A stretch of 64,000 nt of DNA, from NCBI RefSeq assembly GCF_009914755.1, contig NC_060942.1; one strand, given 5' to 3'. Position 1 is the stretch's first letter. Each line of letters begins with the position of its first letter. Source of the stretch: the human T2T-CHM13v2.0 reference genome, Homo sapiens. Of this stretch, positions 28,988-42,724 are shown one piece after another. The position numbers and the translations under genes were made by a program. The notes beneath the pieces were generated by a model that saw only the letters and a program-made list of their open reading frames with translations, was not told the origin of the DNA and made no database searches.

Positions 28988-30160
28988 TGAACATATGTTT
29001 TGAAAAACAACTGTGAACATTTATGGCCTTTTAAAAAATTTTACTAAAGGTTAAGAAGTGCATTATCATAAAGGGTTGACTTGTCCAAACAAATTCATAT
29101 GTATCACTGATCTTATATAGCACCACGCTTTGCAAAGGGTATACACAATAACCAGACACAGACACAGCATCCTCTAGTTTTCCTCAGAGGATCTTTGTGT
29201 CCATCAGGCTTAGTTCCCTAATGTTATCTCAGCACTACCATCTCATGCAATGTGACAAATTTGGAATAACAGATGAGCACTAACTGTAGGTGAAATATGT
29301 GCCAGCTTATAGGAAGTCATTTAGATTTGGGATTTAGTTTTTATACTTAATCAGACAAGCAATTTGAAACAAAAAACAAAAACAAAAGACAGGCAACTAA
29401 CTTCCATTCTCCAGCCAGCTCTGCCCCATCAGTTTATTAATTCTAGGTTTATTTATATAAGCAACCTAGATTGATCAGATACATCTTATTAAATTATTGT
29501 TAGCTAAGAAATTTATATTTTTTCTTCCTTTATTAAGGATCTTTGTTATCAAATACGAACTACTTTTTTATTATTCCAAAGGAGCAAAAGGAGAGATGAA
29601 ATAAGAAAAAACAAACACTGTGAATGAGCTCTATAATAGTGACATAAAAATTTTGTTTTCTTTCTGAAATAACTATCTGTTAATGATATACAACTACAAC
29701 TTAAATTTTATCTCACTATGTTTATGATGAATAGTTATAATATGTTTCATAGGTGAGGCACTAAGCTTAGCCAAAGTAAATAAAGTTCCAAGGATCAGAT
29801 ATTAGAATATGACTGACATATTTAAAGAAGTAAAAGTAGAAATTGAAAGTGTGATAAAGCAGTAAGAGGCCACCAAAACACATGACATATATAAAATAAT
29901 TAAAACAAACTAAAATTGAAGAGTAGAGTAATTAAAAGTAGAAAGTCACACTGTAAAAGTTGAATGAAATTTATTTACTATTGGGTACCAAGAGATGAAA
30001 TAGTCAAGCAATTGGTAATCTTTATTAATAGAAAATTCAGTAAAAGGCTGAATTATAATTTACAGATGAATAGCTTTTGCCATATATATATTTACTGTGG
30101 CAACAAATAGGTGCTGTAAAATGCAGTGTGTAACCAAAACAAGCAGTCTCTGCTCTCACA

Positions 30161-30330
30161 GGCCTGCTGTGGGGTCGGGGGAGGGGGTAGGGATAGCATT
30201 AGGAGATACACCTAATGTAAATAAGGAGTTAATGGGTGCAGCACACCAACATGGCACATGTAGACATATGTAACAAACCTTCATCTTGTGCACATGTACC
30301 CTAGAATTTAAAGTATAATAATAAAAAAAA
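30161..30330 (+). mobile_element. Short 5'-truncated young L1PA (about PA3-6) 3' end
   Basis: G-rich tract, gatagcattaggaga, gcagcacaccaacatggcacatg, taccctag...taaagtataataataaaaaaaa. Confidence 0.93.
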
Positions 30331-30409
30331 GAAATATTTGAGAAAAAGTTTCAGCTGGCTCAGAAATACATTTAAACCTCTCATTTAAAATGAGAGATTA
30401 TGAGAACCC

Positions 30410-30720
30410 AGAGTATGAGGTATTTTATCAGATAGTAGGATGGAACATACTTAACACACCAACAGACTCAAAAGACACATGGTACAGAACAGAGTCCAAA
30501 AATAGAAACAAACCTTCTCTTCAGTAGGTGATTAAGATGCCATGCCAAATCATTGTGACAAAGATGTGCTCTTCTATTGCCAGTGATGGTACAACTGGGT
30601 AAACACCTTGGTAAAAATAAACATGGATCCACACCTACACTCGACAGCAGGACATATACAAAAGATTCAAACATTTTGGTGAAAAATTGAAACAAGAGAG
30701 AACTGTATAAAAATGTAGCA
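30410..30720 (+). mobile_element. Ancient L1ME-type ORF2 3' fragment
   Basis: agaacagagtcca...agaaac, caactgggta, ggatccacacctacac. Confidence 0.5.
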
Positions 30721-32449
30721 GAGTTTTGTTAGAGGTTTTTTTTTCAATGTTTGTAGGCTTTTTGTCACAAAATGCTGAAGTGTTGTTGTTCTATCTACCA
30801 GAAATTTGAAAAAATATTTCTTGCCCATGAAAAACCACAAACAAAAGTAAAATAATAATTAAAAACTGGAAAATATTTACAACTAATATCGAATTATATT
30901 TCTTCTTTTTAAGAAGCTCCTTGAAATGAATACCGAGAATACCCAAACCAAAATAGATTGATAAATCTTTAGAGCCCAAAGCAACTCCACAAATTTTAAT
31001 AAAACACATTTATCAAAGCACAAACTTATTTATAATAAGAATTATTATAATATAAATGCCATGTAAATACTCTCCAAAAGCTTGAATGCACTTCATGTTG
31101 GTCAAGCCTTGCATGGGCAGGATCTTACTAGCATTACTGCTACAGTATGATATCATCTCATAGGATAATAGTTTGGGATATTTACATAAATTATGAATGA
31201 AGATTTTCACTTCTTTTTAAGATGTAGAGAGTTGCAAAGAACAGTAATCAAATCCCAATAATGAGAAGAAGACAGATCACTCTCCCATTTCTTTGCACCA
31301 GCAATACCAGCCCTTCCCATTACTTGGACACAATCCTTCAGCTGCCACTACAGGATTATGTATGAAGTGTTATATGGGATGTCCTTAATACTTTGAATGT
31401 TCTTCTTCCACATATTCCCAAACTACCTGTTCGAGTTTTTGCTCACAAAAATGTCACTTTCTTATTGAAGCATGATCTGAGCACATTCGTATATTTTTAT
31501 CCCTTCAATATAGAATAGAGAGAAAAATGAATTCTGTAAGTGAAAAATCAAGGCAAAATAAAATATCTGAGAATAGTCTACTACAATGAACAAGAGAAGG
31601 ATTTTCAGACAAGCTTAATTTTCTTAAAGAAAATCTATAGTATAATTAATGAAACATTGCAAATTTACCCTGAATTGATAAAATAAGTTATATTATATAT
31701 CATAGTTCAAATTGCTTTTCATTTCCTGATGAAGAGAAAGAATTGTAGTACTACTTTTCTTCACTGTGCTTTTGTATTTCTATATTATTGACTTTTTACT
31801 TTACATAAACAATAAGACACAGCAGGCATAGAATTGCTAAATATAATTAAATTTTTTTGCAAAAGAATGAGTGGCTTTTATAATGACAGAAATGCAATAT
31901 TCGTTACAAATGTTGATACTTTATCTCTTTAAAATCAGAAATGTTATATTACAAGAAGAATAAAACTAGTTTAATGTCTGAAACATTTCCCATCGAATAT
32001 ACCACAGCACACATAACATTTGAAGTACCCTTTTCTCTTTTGTACTGTGGAATCACTGGTAAATTGCATACTCTGAGGCCATTTACATCCTACTGGAAAG
32101 CTTTCAATGATAGTCTGCAACTTCTGAAGCCCATAACTAAAGTAACTTTTCCTTTGACCAGCAAATGACCCTTAGCATCTGAACCCTGCTCCCAAAAAGA
32201 AGGCAGAGCCAGAAAATTCTTTTGATTGCTCTGCAGCAGCCATATTAAAAAGCAAAAGACAGCAAAAGACAACAAAAACAAGAAAATTTTGTTTTTTTTT
32301 TTAATGCCTTTCAACTAAACAGGATTTTTGCAGGTAAGTTTTGGTAACAAAGGGAATATATCTTACCTTTACTCTTATTTTCTTTTAATTAATTATAAAG
32401 TTAATCAGAAATAGAGATAGAAATATCTCTAAGATAAATCACTAATAGT

Positions 32450-32583
32450 TTTAAATGTTTTATTTTGAATTGACAAATTATAACTGTATATGTTTATGGG
32501 TTATAATGTGATGTTATGATAAGTGGGGTAATTAAACTACCATATTCATTGTCTCAAGCATTTTTTGTGGTGAGAAACATTTT
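32450..32583 (-). mobile_element. L1MA (about MA8-9) 3' terminal fragment
   Basis: ttgacaaattataactgtata...atgtgatgttatgat...tttgtggtgagaaacattt. Confidence 0.65.
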
Positions 32584-33404
32584 GCTCAATTGTTTACCAT
32601 TAGCATGAAAAACAGCAAATATTTTTCACTGGGTTTTTTTCATAAAAGCCACGGCACAGAATAAATGCAATGTTTCTTGATGAAAAACAAACAAATTACA
32701 CCAATTAGAAAGCTATCCGCTCCATGCGACAGAACACCTTTCTCACACTGTTGTATTGCATAAGGAAAGTAGATGATCTCATATGGAACAACGTCCAGGA
32801 GGACAAAACAGACCAAGTGTATTGCTACACGGTGCCCTTTCCTTGTGACTCCTGCATTTTTCTCCTGCTCTCTGCCTTGCATATTGTATGTCCTAGTCCT
32901 CATTCAGATATGATATCGCTGCATGTTTCCAGTTAATCCCTAAGTCTAAACTACAGAAAATGTAGTAGGCATGGTGAGGTTTTTAGGAAAAATTAAAAGT
33001 TTGGTGTCCTGACGTTGGAGAATGCAAAAGCCCTTTTTTTTTGTTTTGTTTTGTTTTTGTTTTTTTTTTGTTTTTTTACAGAATCCCACCAAGTGGACAC
33101 ACTCTTGTCTTCTTGGCCAGAAGTGAGGCCCAAGGACATGCATATGCCACCTCCTGGCAAGAGGATGGAATTTCTTTAATTGCCTACAATCATGATCGAT
33201 CTCTGGGCTCCCAAAACCCTATTTATATCTAGAGTCAAACTGGTCTGTGACGTGCATACCTGAATCCCTTTATTTTTCTTTTAAGAAAAGAGAGGGAAAA
33301 CGTAAGTTGGGCAGGCCTCTGACTTTTCACAAATGCTTTACTTAAGAAATTGAATACGTTAAAAAATGTAATAAAAACATTTAAAAATATAACATCTGCT
33401 GTCT

Positions 33405-33679
33405 GGCTGGGCACAGTGGCTCACGCTTTTAATCCCAGCACTTTGGACAGCTCATGTGGGCAGATGACTTTTGGTCAGAAGTTTCACACCAGCCTGGCCA
33501 ACATGGTGAATCCCCATCTCTACTGAAAATACAAAAATTAGCCTGGTATGGTGCTGCATGCCTGTAATTCCAGCTACTCAGTAGGCTGAGGCATGAGAAT
33601 CGCTTGAACCCAGGAGGCAGATGTTGCAGTGAGCTGTGATTGCACCACTGCATTCCAGCCTGGGCGAAAGAGCGAGACT
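33405..33679 (+). mobile_element. AluS lacking its terminal bases and poly-A tail
   Basis: The Alu dimer ends at gcgagact and is followed by TA-rich sequence. Confidence 0.92.
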
Positions 33680-34409
33680 AAAATATTATATGCATTATAT
33701 ATAATGACAATATGTTATATGTAATATATATAATGTTGCTCCAAACTCCATAACTAAGACAACAATCAATACTATTAAATTGCTGCTAAAATAAATTTAA
33801 AGCAATGCTGAAGTTATAAAACTATAGTTTAGGAAGGTTTTAAGCACCAAGAGAATAAAGCGTGATGAGATAAATTCTCTATACTGACATAGTATTTCAA
33901 AAACTTATTTTGAATGCTCAAAATATTTAATTAACATTCAATTTAAAAGCACACTTCATACCTCCTGTTTCCATTGCAATACTTTATTTTTCAGCACAGT
34001 ATTTATAAACACCGTACATTTTTGTCAGTTTATATTTAATGGTAGTTTTCACCCCCAAACTTAAAACCTAAGCTTTATTTTTTCTACTTTACTAATTGTT
34101 GTAAACTAATAGAGAGTAGGCATGCAATAGATACTATTAATTGGGAATTAAATTGTTTCTGCACAATTGAGATTATAGTATGACAATTTATCTGGAAAGC
34201 ACTTTTAGCTTTCCAGTTAAAAATCTTACACACATTCACATATGTGTGTGATCATGTTTGAGTTTGAATACACACACATTATGAATATTTTACATTAGCA
34301 AAAACAGTTCATATGATATATATATATAATATGCTGCATAACATTCATTTTTTCAACTATTACTATTTCATCATATGATTTCATGGTAGTAAGTTGTCAC
34401 CAAATTTAA

Positions 34410-34720
34410 AATTGAATGTAAGAATTAAACAGCAGATTAAAAACTGATTGAGAGAGTAATGAAGTAGAAGATAGAGTCAAATAATTTTCTTAAAGTAATT
34501 CACACAGAGAAAAGATATTGGCAAGAATAACAACAACCAAAAACCCTTACAACACATAGAGGATGAAATGAGAAGTTATAGCATACAAATAATCAGAAGT
34601 CAAGGGGGACCTAATAAAGCAGTTAAAGATGACAGTAACTCAATTGATAAGGGCTAACATTTTCTTGAGGCAAAGAAAGTTAGGGATTTACTAAACAAGA
34701 ATGAATTATATCAAGTAGGT
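34410..34720 (+). mobile_element. Ancient L1/HAL1 ORF1-like fragment
   Basis: ttaaacagcagatta...agaagatag...agaggatgaaatgagaag...cataca. Confidence 0.5.
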
Positions 34721-36066
34721 TCAGATAAAGAAGCTCATTACATTGTGTCTTCCCCCCCGCCCCCAATAATTCCATTTTAGAAAGGACTTTTTAAAACCAT
34801 TCCATGACCATATAGATAACAAGTGTCAGTTTGCTCCAAGCCAGTGGTCATAGTGAAGTCTGTTGAGTCTGGTTTATTGCCACATCTGGTTATTATGCTT
34901 CCCTTAATTTAGCTCACTAAGTACAAAGCCAATCACACAGTTGATTTTTTTTTTTCCTTTTTTTCTTCTTCCTTCTTTCTAGAGGCCCCAGCATGGAGAT
35001 TGTTTTCTAGTTTGTTTGTATTAATTTACTCAGAAATCTAGAAAACATAAATTAATGATAATGATGATGTGTGTTCTCTCAGACTGTTTTTCAACAGTTT
35101 CTTCCTGGGTGCTATATGTTGTGTAAATGAAATCTTAGAGATATTTACTATTTTTTCCTTTGGCCTCCCTGTCTGTTTAGTTTTCTTCTCAGATGAAGTA
35201 AAGATTCATAACCAGTTGGGTTCTTCAGAAACCTTTCTGTCACTCTCTTCAGACAGTGCATGTTGCCTGAGATACGGAGAGATACTTATCCACATTCAGA
35301 ATTCTCTCTCAAATGAATCCAAATTTCACTACAATATATTTGGCAGATGATATGTGCTTTGGGATCTATATTCTATTTTAATTAAGGGTGAATTTTATAA
35401 ATGACTTAACTATTATCTTTCTGTGGTATGATATTTTTAACTATAACTTCGGCAGGTTTTACAAGAAGTGAATGATACTAATTTAGATCTATGCAATTGA
35501 TGGCCTACTAAAAGAGAAAATCTTTTAAAAAATCTGATTTATTTGCCAGTGTTAATGAGAAAGGTAAGCATTTTAGCACACTGCTTGCTCATTTTCTCTT
35601 TTGTGCTTCCCCTATAGCACATCCATGTATGTTTTCGTGTAACCATCTGTTTTAGAACCCATTTGAGTCCACACGACACCTATTACTTAGATTTATAAGA
35701 CAGGTAATATTTAGCCAAATTAGCAATCAGAATGCCTGAATGTTTTAACATCATTTATAATTAACTGCTGGGTGTAATAACAAATAGGAACAGCAGCTGC
35801 AACAAAACTCCGATTAGGCAGTCGGAATGGGGAATAACTCAAGTTAATGGAAGGCCCCAAACTCATCTTCAAGCCATGGAATAACATCTCAATAATTACT
35901 CAACTAGACTACTACACACTAACATCCTGAAGTTCAGCAGAGGGAGAGAATACTTCTGAAAATGATGCTTCTTCCTGAGTTAATCTCAATAACTCTTGGA
36001 AATGTAGGATGAGATTTAAACTGGAATTGTATTTCTGTCTAGACTAAGTACCAAATTCACAATACT

Positions 36067-36337
36067 ATGGAAACAAAGAAGTGAGCAATCAATGCCAAGA
36101 CCTACTTGAGGGTGGAGGGTGAGAGGAAGATTAGGATTGAAAAACTACCTATTGCTTACTAAGCTGATCACCTGGGTGATAAAATAATCAGCACACCAAA
36201 CTGCCATGACATGCAGTTTACCAATATAACCAACATGCAGAGGTACCTGAACCTAAAATAAAATAATTTACCCATTATTACAAACCTAAACAGGTACCCT
36301 GAACCTAAAATAAAAGTGAAAAATAAAAAACAAAATA
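36067..36337 (+). mobile_element. 5'-truncated L1PA15/16-like 3' end with duplicated terminus
   Basis: cctacttgagggtggagggtg...aaaaactacctatt...cctgggtgataaaataatc...gaacctaaaataaaa (twice). Degenerate TSD aaattcacaatac / aaatccatagtac. Confidence 0.88.
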
Positions 36338-36539
36338 AAATCCATAGTACAAACTCTATTCAATTAAGGTAGTTCTGAAATATTTCCAGTTTTCTCCTTT
36401 TTTTTTCAATTAAATCACCATTCAATGATATTTTTAGATCATTGAATGATGATAAAAATCCTGTTCCTAAAAAATCAAAACAAAACAAAAAGTACATTAT
36501 ACCCGGGATACAGCGTACATACAGCTATCTAACTGAAAT

Positions 36540-36640
36540 ACTTTCTCAGATGAGGAAACTGAAGCCTAGAAATAAATAAATTGCCTTATGAGGTTATTCA
36601 GAAGTTAGTAGTAGACCTTGGAATACATTATGCTTTTCAA
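36540..36640 (-). mobile_element. MIR core fragment
   Basis: cagatgaggaaactgaagcctaga. Confidence 0.65.
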
Positions 36641-37213
36641 GGTACTTCCTCTGGATTTACAATAATGATTTCTTTTTATTTTTTGGAAAAAAAAAATAAA
36701 TTTTTGGCAGTCAAATTCAAATCTATAGTATAAAAAACCTTTTTCAATATTACAAATAGTAAAAATCACTAGTAATAGTAGCAGTAATATTAATAGTAGG
36801 CATTAAGTTTTATTTTGTTTTTACTTTTTTACAAGGCTTTTTAATAAGCATTTAATGCATCATTTAATCCTGATGACAACCTTTTGGGTGTATAATCTAT
36901 CTCATTTTCATACACAAAGTGACACAGTATTGAAGTTATTAAAAATGAATTTATATTCACTGTCTAAGACTGGAAGAATTCAAATCAACACCATTTGGAG
37001 GAATAGTCAATCTTTCTCTTCATTTTCCCTTGGAATTAGTAGTTTAGAGGTGCTATGAGGAAAAATTCAGTAGTTCAAAAGTTGTGACAACCATGACAGT
37101 GTCATTATGTGTTTTTAACGCTCAACCTGTTTTCCCTTTCCCTTCTCACTGACTTAGAGGAATCCTTCTCTGATACGCCATGGGCTTGACAAAATTGTCA
37201 GTGACAGCAATGG

Positions 37214-37760
37214 TTGTTAGAGTTATGACTCTTTTGAATACAAATGACAAAGGCCTATCTAAAACTACTAAGTAGAAGGATCATTTATTGATTTAGGTTA
37301 ACATATTTTTAGGGGAGGGAAGATTTGACTCATAGGTGCATTGGGCCTCAAAATATCGAAAAGGAAACGTTACTTCTTCTTCTTTTTCATTTGTCTCATT
37401 ACCTCTCCTGTGTGTTCATTTTATTCTGAGTTTGTATTTGGTGGTAAGATGGTTGAAATGGAAACAATTTATAACATAATCCCAAGACATTTCTAGTGGG
37501 GGAGTACATTTGCCTTCTTTTCAGAAGTTGCGTTATGTCTGAGTCATGGTTTCACCTTCTCTGTCCTAAACTGTCAGAGGGGCCAAAAATATGGAAATAA
37601 TTTACAACAATTAGGATTGATGCCTGCAGCTTCAGTTTGAGGCATCACATTCAGTACACGCTGCCTGAAAGTGTGAGTGAAGTGATGTTGCAAACTAAGT
37701 GAAGGAGGGGGCCTTATTTTGCTAAAAAAAAATCTTGCATGCATGTTGGAGATATGAAAA
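37214..37760 (-). mobile_element. Old MLT1 (J/K/L-like) LTR remnant
   Basis: gttagagttatgactctttt...caaatgaca...atttattg start; highly diverged. Confidence 0.45.
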
Positions 37761-37769
37761 CAACAACAA

Positions 37770-38020
37770 CAGAGTAGCTTATGCCTATCATGTGCTTATT
37801 ATGTTCTAGACACAGATATGAGCACATTACATAAGTAAATTCATGTAGTACAACTTGGTAAGAGGGTTTTTAAAATTTTTTTCTCTTCTTTCACAGTTTG
37901 AGACATTGAGACACGGGAGATAACTTTTTCAAGATGGCATAACTAAGATAGGATAGAGTGCGGCTCCAAAATCAGATGTCTATTTGAAGACTTTATGCTT
38001 AACCATAATCGTATAGTGCC
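37770..38020 (-). mobile_element. MIR
   Basis: gtgcttattatgttctagacac...cacag.ttgagacattgagacacgg...gcttaaccat. Confidence 0.6.
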
Positions 38021-38229
38021 TTTCTACACTGGAAAAATACACAATCCTAGTAAATGAAAGATGCAACTAATTAAACAACTCAATAACTAAATATGTAAAT
38101 ACAGAAAGAAAACAAGAAATAAGCAACACATCAAATATTCTAAAATAATAAGTAACCATCAAATGGAAATGTATGTCAAATCTGAAATGAAAATGATACC
38201 CAAAACATAAATATCAGAAATAAAAACAG

Positions 38230-38979
38230 TAACATCAATATAGATCTTACCAACACTAAACATATGACAGAAATTTTACTTTACATCAGTAGGGAAGAAG
38301 GAGAGTTTCTGATTCCTGCTTCTAGACATATTATAGAAGATGTTCTGACAATTATAGTAAGAAAAAATAAACCATATAAAATGTCAAAAAACAAAAATTA
38401 TCATTTGTATCAGATAACATAATTTTGTAAGAAAAATATAGATATCATTAGAATTGATAGCTTTATTTACAATACCTCTAAATGCAACTCAATATAAAAA
38501 TAAAGTATATATTTACAAAAAAGAGAAAATTAAATTGTGAATCATTTAAAAACAATATTAACAGCAATAAATAAAAACAAAATAAGAGTAAAATAAATTA
38601 AAATATAAAACACTATCATACATATTACAATAATTTACAACATTAGAGAATTTATATTATGTGTGAGCATCCTCCTCAATCAAACCCCATAACTGTTTTT
38701 AGGGAAGGAATGTAACAACTTGCTCATAAAACACATAGACATATAAGAGTTGAAGAGTATGAAAGAGTATAAAACTAAAACAATCTTGAAAAAGGGAAAT
38801 GACACAGAGTTTTTTTCTCTTAAACAATAAGATAATAGAAAACTATAGACTATTGTATAGTGTGATATTGACACAGTGAATAATATCTCAATTAAACAGA
38901 ATAGAGTATGAAAATGTATCTTATAATGAAGTGGCACAATAGGACAGTGGGGCATATGTAGTCTTTTTCACAAATGGTG
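38230..38979 (+). mobile_element. Ancient L1ME-type ORF2 remnant (host; resumes at 42998-43155)
   Basis: L1 ORF2-like blocks ending tctttttcacaaatggtg, with the continuation aaatggtgccagttcaactgg at 42998. Confidence 0.6.
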
Positions 38980-38982
38980 TTC

Positions 38983-41900
38983 ACTAGAAATAAATTACAG
39001 ATAGGAAACCAAAAACATTCACAAATATGTGAAAACTAAATAATACACCCCAGAACAACCACTGAGTCAAGAAAGGTATCAGAAGGTTAATTAGAAAATT
39101 TATTAAGACAAATGAAAACATAAGCACAATATACCAAAATGTGTTGGATGCAGAAAAAGCAGTACTAAGAGGGAAGTTTATAGCCATAAATTCCTATATC
39201 AAAAAGAGATTTCACATAACTTAACAGCTCAAAGAACTAGAAAAAGGAGATCAATCGAAGCCCAATGTTGACAGAATGAAGGAAATACTAAAGATTATAG
39301 CAGAAATAAATGAAATAGAGAACAGAAAGACAGTCAAAAATTAATAAAAGTGAGTTGGTTTCTAAGAAAAATAAAATGACAAAACAAACCCTTATCTAGA
39401 TTTAAAGAGAGGATTCAAATAGAATCAGAAATGAAAAAGACGACCTTACAGCTCATACTGAAGAAATGAAAAAAAAAATACCAAGAGACTATTGTGAAAA
39501 TCATATGCCAACAAGTTGGATAACCTAGAAACATACAACCAAATAATACAGAATAACAAATATAAAGCTTGGACAGACTTTTAATTAGTAGGGAGATATG
39601 AATGAGTAATCAAAAACCTCCTGGCAAAGAAAATCCTAAATCCAGTAGACTTCACTGGTAAAACCGGTCAGCATTTAAAATAGAATTAATACCAATCCTT
39701 CTTAAAACCTTAAAAATAACTCAAGTGGGAGCACTTCTATACTTATTTTATGAAGCTCCTATTGCAGTGATACAAAAGCCAGAAAAAAGACACTAAAAGA
39801 AAATAAAATTAAGCCTGACAAATGCAAAAACCTGAAACAAAATCTAGCTAAATAAATTCAACAGCTCATTAAAGAAATAAACACTATGACAAAGTATAGT
39901 TTATCCCTGTGATGCAAGGATGGTTCAGCATATGCAAATCTATTGATGTGATATACCACCTTAACAGAATAAACACAAATCTCATCGTCATCTCAGCTGA
40001 TGCAGAAAAAAAACATTTGACAAAATTTAACTATCTTTCAGGATAAACCCTCTCAATAAACTAGGAATAGAGGGCATTTTCTTAAAATAATATAAAGCAT
40101 ACATGAAAAGCCCAAAGCCAACATCCTCAATGGTGAAAAACTGAAGGCTTAACTTATAAGATCAAGATAAAGAAAAGATGCCCACTCTTGGAACTTTGTA
40201 TTAGTCTGTTCTCACACTGTTATAAAGAAATGTTTAAGACTGGGTAATTTATAAAGAAAAGAGATTAATTGATTCATGATTCTGCAGGCTCTATAGGAAG
40301 TATGGCACTGGCATCTGCTCAGCTACTGGTGAGGCCTCAGGAAACTTACAATCATGGTGGAAGACAAAGGGGGAGCAGCACTTTACATGGCTGGAGCAGG
40401 ATGAGTGGAGGTTGGTGCTACACACTTCTAAATGACTGGATCTAATGATAACTCACTCACTACTATCAAAAGAATACCACCAGGGGGGAATCTGCCCCCA
40501 TGATCCAATAACTTCCCACCAGGCCCCACCCCCAACATTAGGGATTACAATTAAGCATAAGACTTGGGTGGGGATGCAGATCCAAATCATATCAAACTTT
40601 TATTCAACATAGTACTGGAAATCCTAACCAGAACAATTAGATGATTAAAAAAAATAAAAGCCATTCAAATAGGAAATAAAAAAGTAAAATAATCTGTTTG
40701 CAGCCAATGTGACTTTATGCATAGAAAACCCTATGGACTGCAGAAAATAAGTGTGAGAACTAATAAACAAATTTAATAAAGTTTCGGGATACAAAATCAA
40801 CATGAAAAATTAGTTGCACTTTTATGCACTTAGAATGAATAATCAAAAAAGAAATTTAAAATATCTCATTTACAATAGCATCAAAAATAATAAAACTTAT
40901 GAACAAACTTAGCCAAAAGGTAAAAGACTTGTATAATAAAACAAAAGAAGACTGATGAAAGAATTTAAAGAAGACACAAATAGTAGAAAGACATCATGTG
41001 ATGGTAGATTGGATGACTTAATGTTGTTAAAATGTTCATAAAATCCAAAGTGATCTACAGATTCAATGCAATCCTTATCAAAATCCCAGACATTTTTACA
41101 GAAATAGAAAAAAAGTTCTAAAATTCTCATGGAACTATAAAAGATCTCAAATATCCAAATCAATCCTGAGAAGAACAAACCTGAAGTCATCACACTTTCT
41201 GACTTATAAATATATTATAAAGCTACAGTAAATACAGCTTTACATAACTGGCATAAAACAAACATATAGAGCAATAGCATAGAATAGAAATTCCTGAAAT
41301 AAGCCAATGCATGTGTGGTCAGCTGATCTTTAATAAGGATGCCAACAACATAAAATAGGAAAAGTATAATTTCTTCAACAAATAGTCTGAGGAAAACTGG
41401 ACATCCACTTTCAAAAGAATGAAATTGGACCCTCATCTTACACCATACACAAAAATCAACTGAAAATGGATTAGAGACTTAAACATAAGACCTGAAACTG
41501 TAAAACTCTCCTTTTCTCATGGGAGAAAAATCACCATAAAATTTGTTTGGGAAATGATTTATGGATATAATAGCAAAAGTGCAAGGAACAAACGCAAAAA
41601 TAGAAAAGTAGAAATATATCATACTAAAAAGTGTCTTCACAACAAAGGAAACAATCAACAAAATGAAAAGTCAATCTACAGAATGTGAAAAAATATCTGT
41701 AGAAACCATATGTCCAAAAATGGATTAATATCTCACTAAAGCTATTATCTAAAATATATGATACTCCTGCAACTAAATAGTATTAAAAAAAAAAAAAACC
41801 AAACACCCAAATAACTCAAATGGTCAAGAGGCATATGAAAGATGTCAACATTACTCATCATTAGGGAAATACATATGGAGACCTCAATGTCAGGATGGTT

Positions 41901-42680
41901 ATTATCAGACAAAACAAAACAAAATAAGACAAACATTGGCAAGGGTGTGGAAAAGTAACCTTTTTGCCGTGTTAATGGGAGTATAAAGGAAAACCAGTTC
42001 AATTGGTTATACATTTGGGTAAATAAATAAATCTGTCTCACAGTTCACACCTTAGAAACTCATTGTAGGTGGAGCATAAATCTAAATGTGAAAGGTAAAA
42101 CAATAAATATTTCAGAGAGTAATTAGGAAAATATCTTCTTGTCCTCCTCAGGAAACTCAAAATAGAACTTCTATATGATCTAGCAATTCCACTTCCGGAT
42201 TTTTACCCAAAATAACTGAAATCAGGATCTCAAAGAGATATCTACACTCCCATATCCATTACAGAATTATTCTCAATATCCAAGATATGGAAACATATTA
42301 AGTGTGTCTTGAAAGATGAAATGGATAAGGAAAACGTGATATACACAGTACATGCACTGCAATATTATTCAGTCTTAAGAAGAAATAAACTTGCAATATG
42401 CAACAACATGAATAGAACTTGAGAACAACATGCTACATGAAATAAGCCAGTCACAGAAGGACAAATTCTTCTCCTATGAGGTGTCTAATATAAACTCATA
42501 GAAACAAAGAGTAGCATGTAGTTGCCAGGGTCTGGAGAGTAAGACAGATTCAGTGGGTATAAAGTTTCTAGAAATCTGCAGTATAACATTGCACTTATCG
42601 TTCACAAAGTATTATGAACTTAAACATAGTTAAAGGAGTAGACCTCCAGTTAAATATTCTTACCACAATATAATAAAGTA
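38983..42680 (+). mobile_element. 5'-truncated L1MA9-L1MB1-like LINE-1 (ORF2 plus 3'UTR)
   Basis: Continuous ORF2 homology (gatgcagaaaaa...tttgacaaaat, atagtactggaa, gatctacagattcaatgcaatc) and a 3'UTR with atcaggatctcaaagagatatc...cttaccacaat. Confidence 0.9.
40197..40594 (-). mobile_element. MSTA MaLR solo LTR inside the L1
   Basis: tgtattagtctgttctcac...cagatccaaatcatatca. Perfect 5-bp TSD aactt. Confidence 0.93.
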
Positions 42681-42724
42681 AGAAGGAAACTAATTAATTA
42701 ACTGAATAAATAAATATCTGATTC

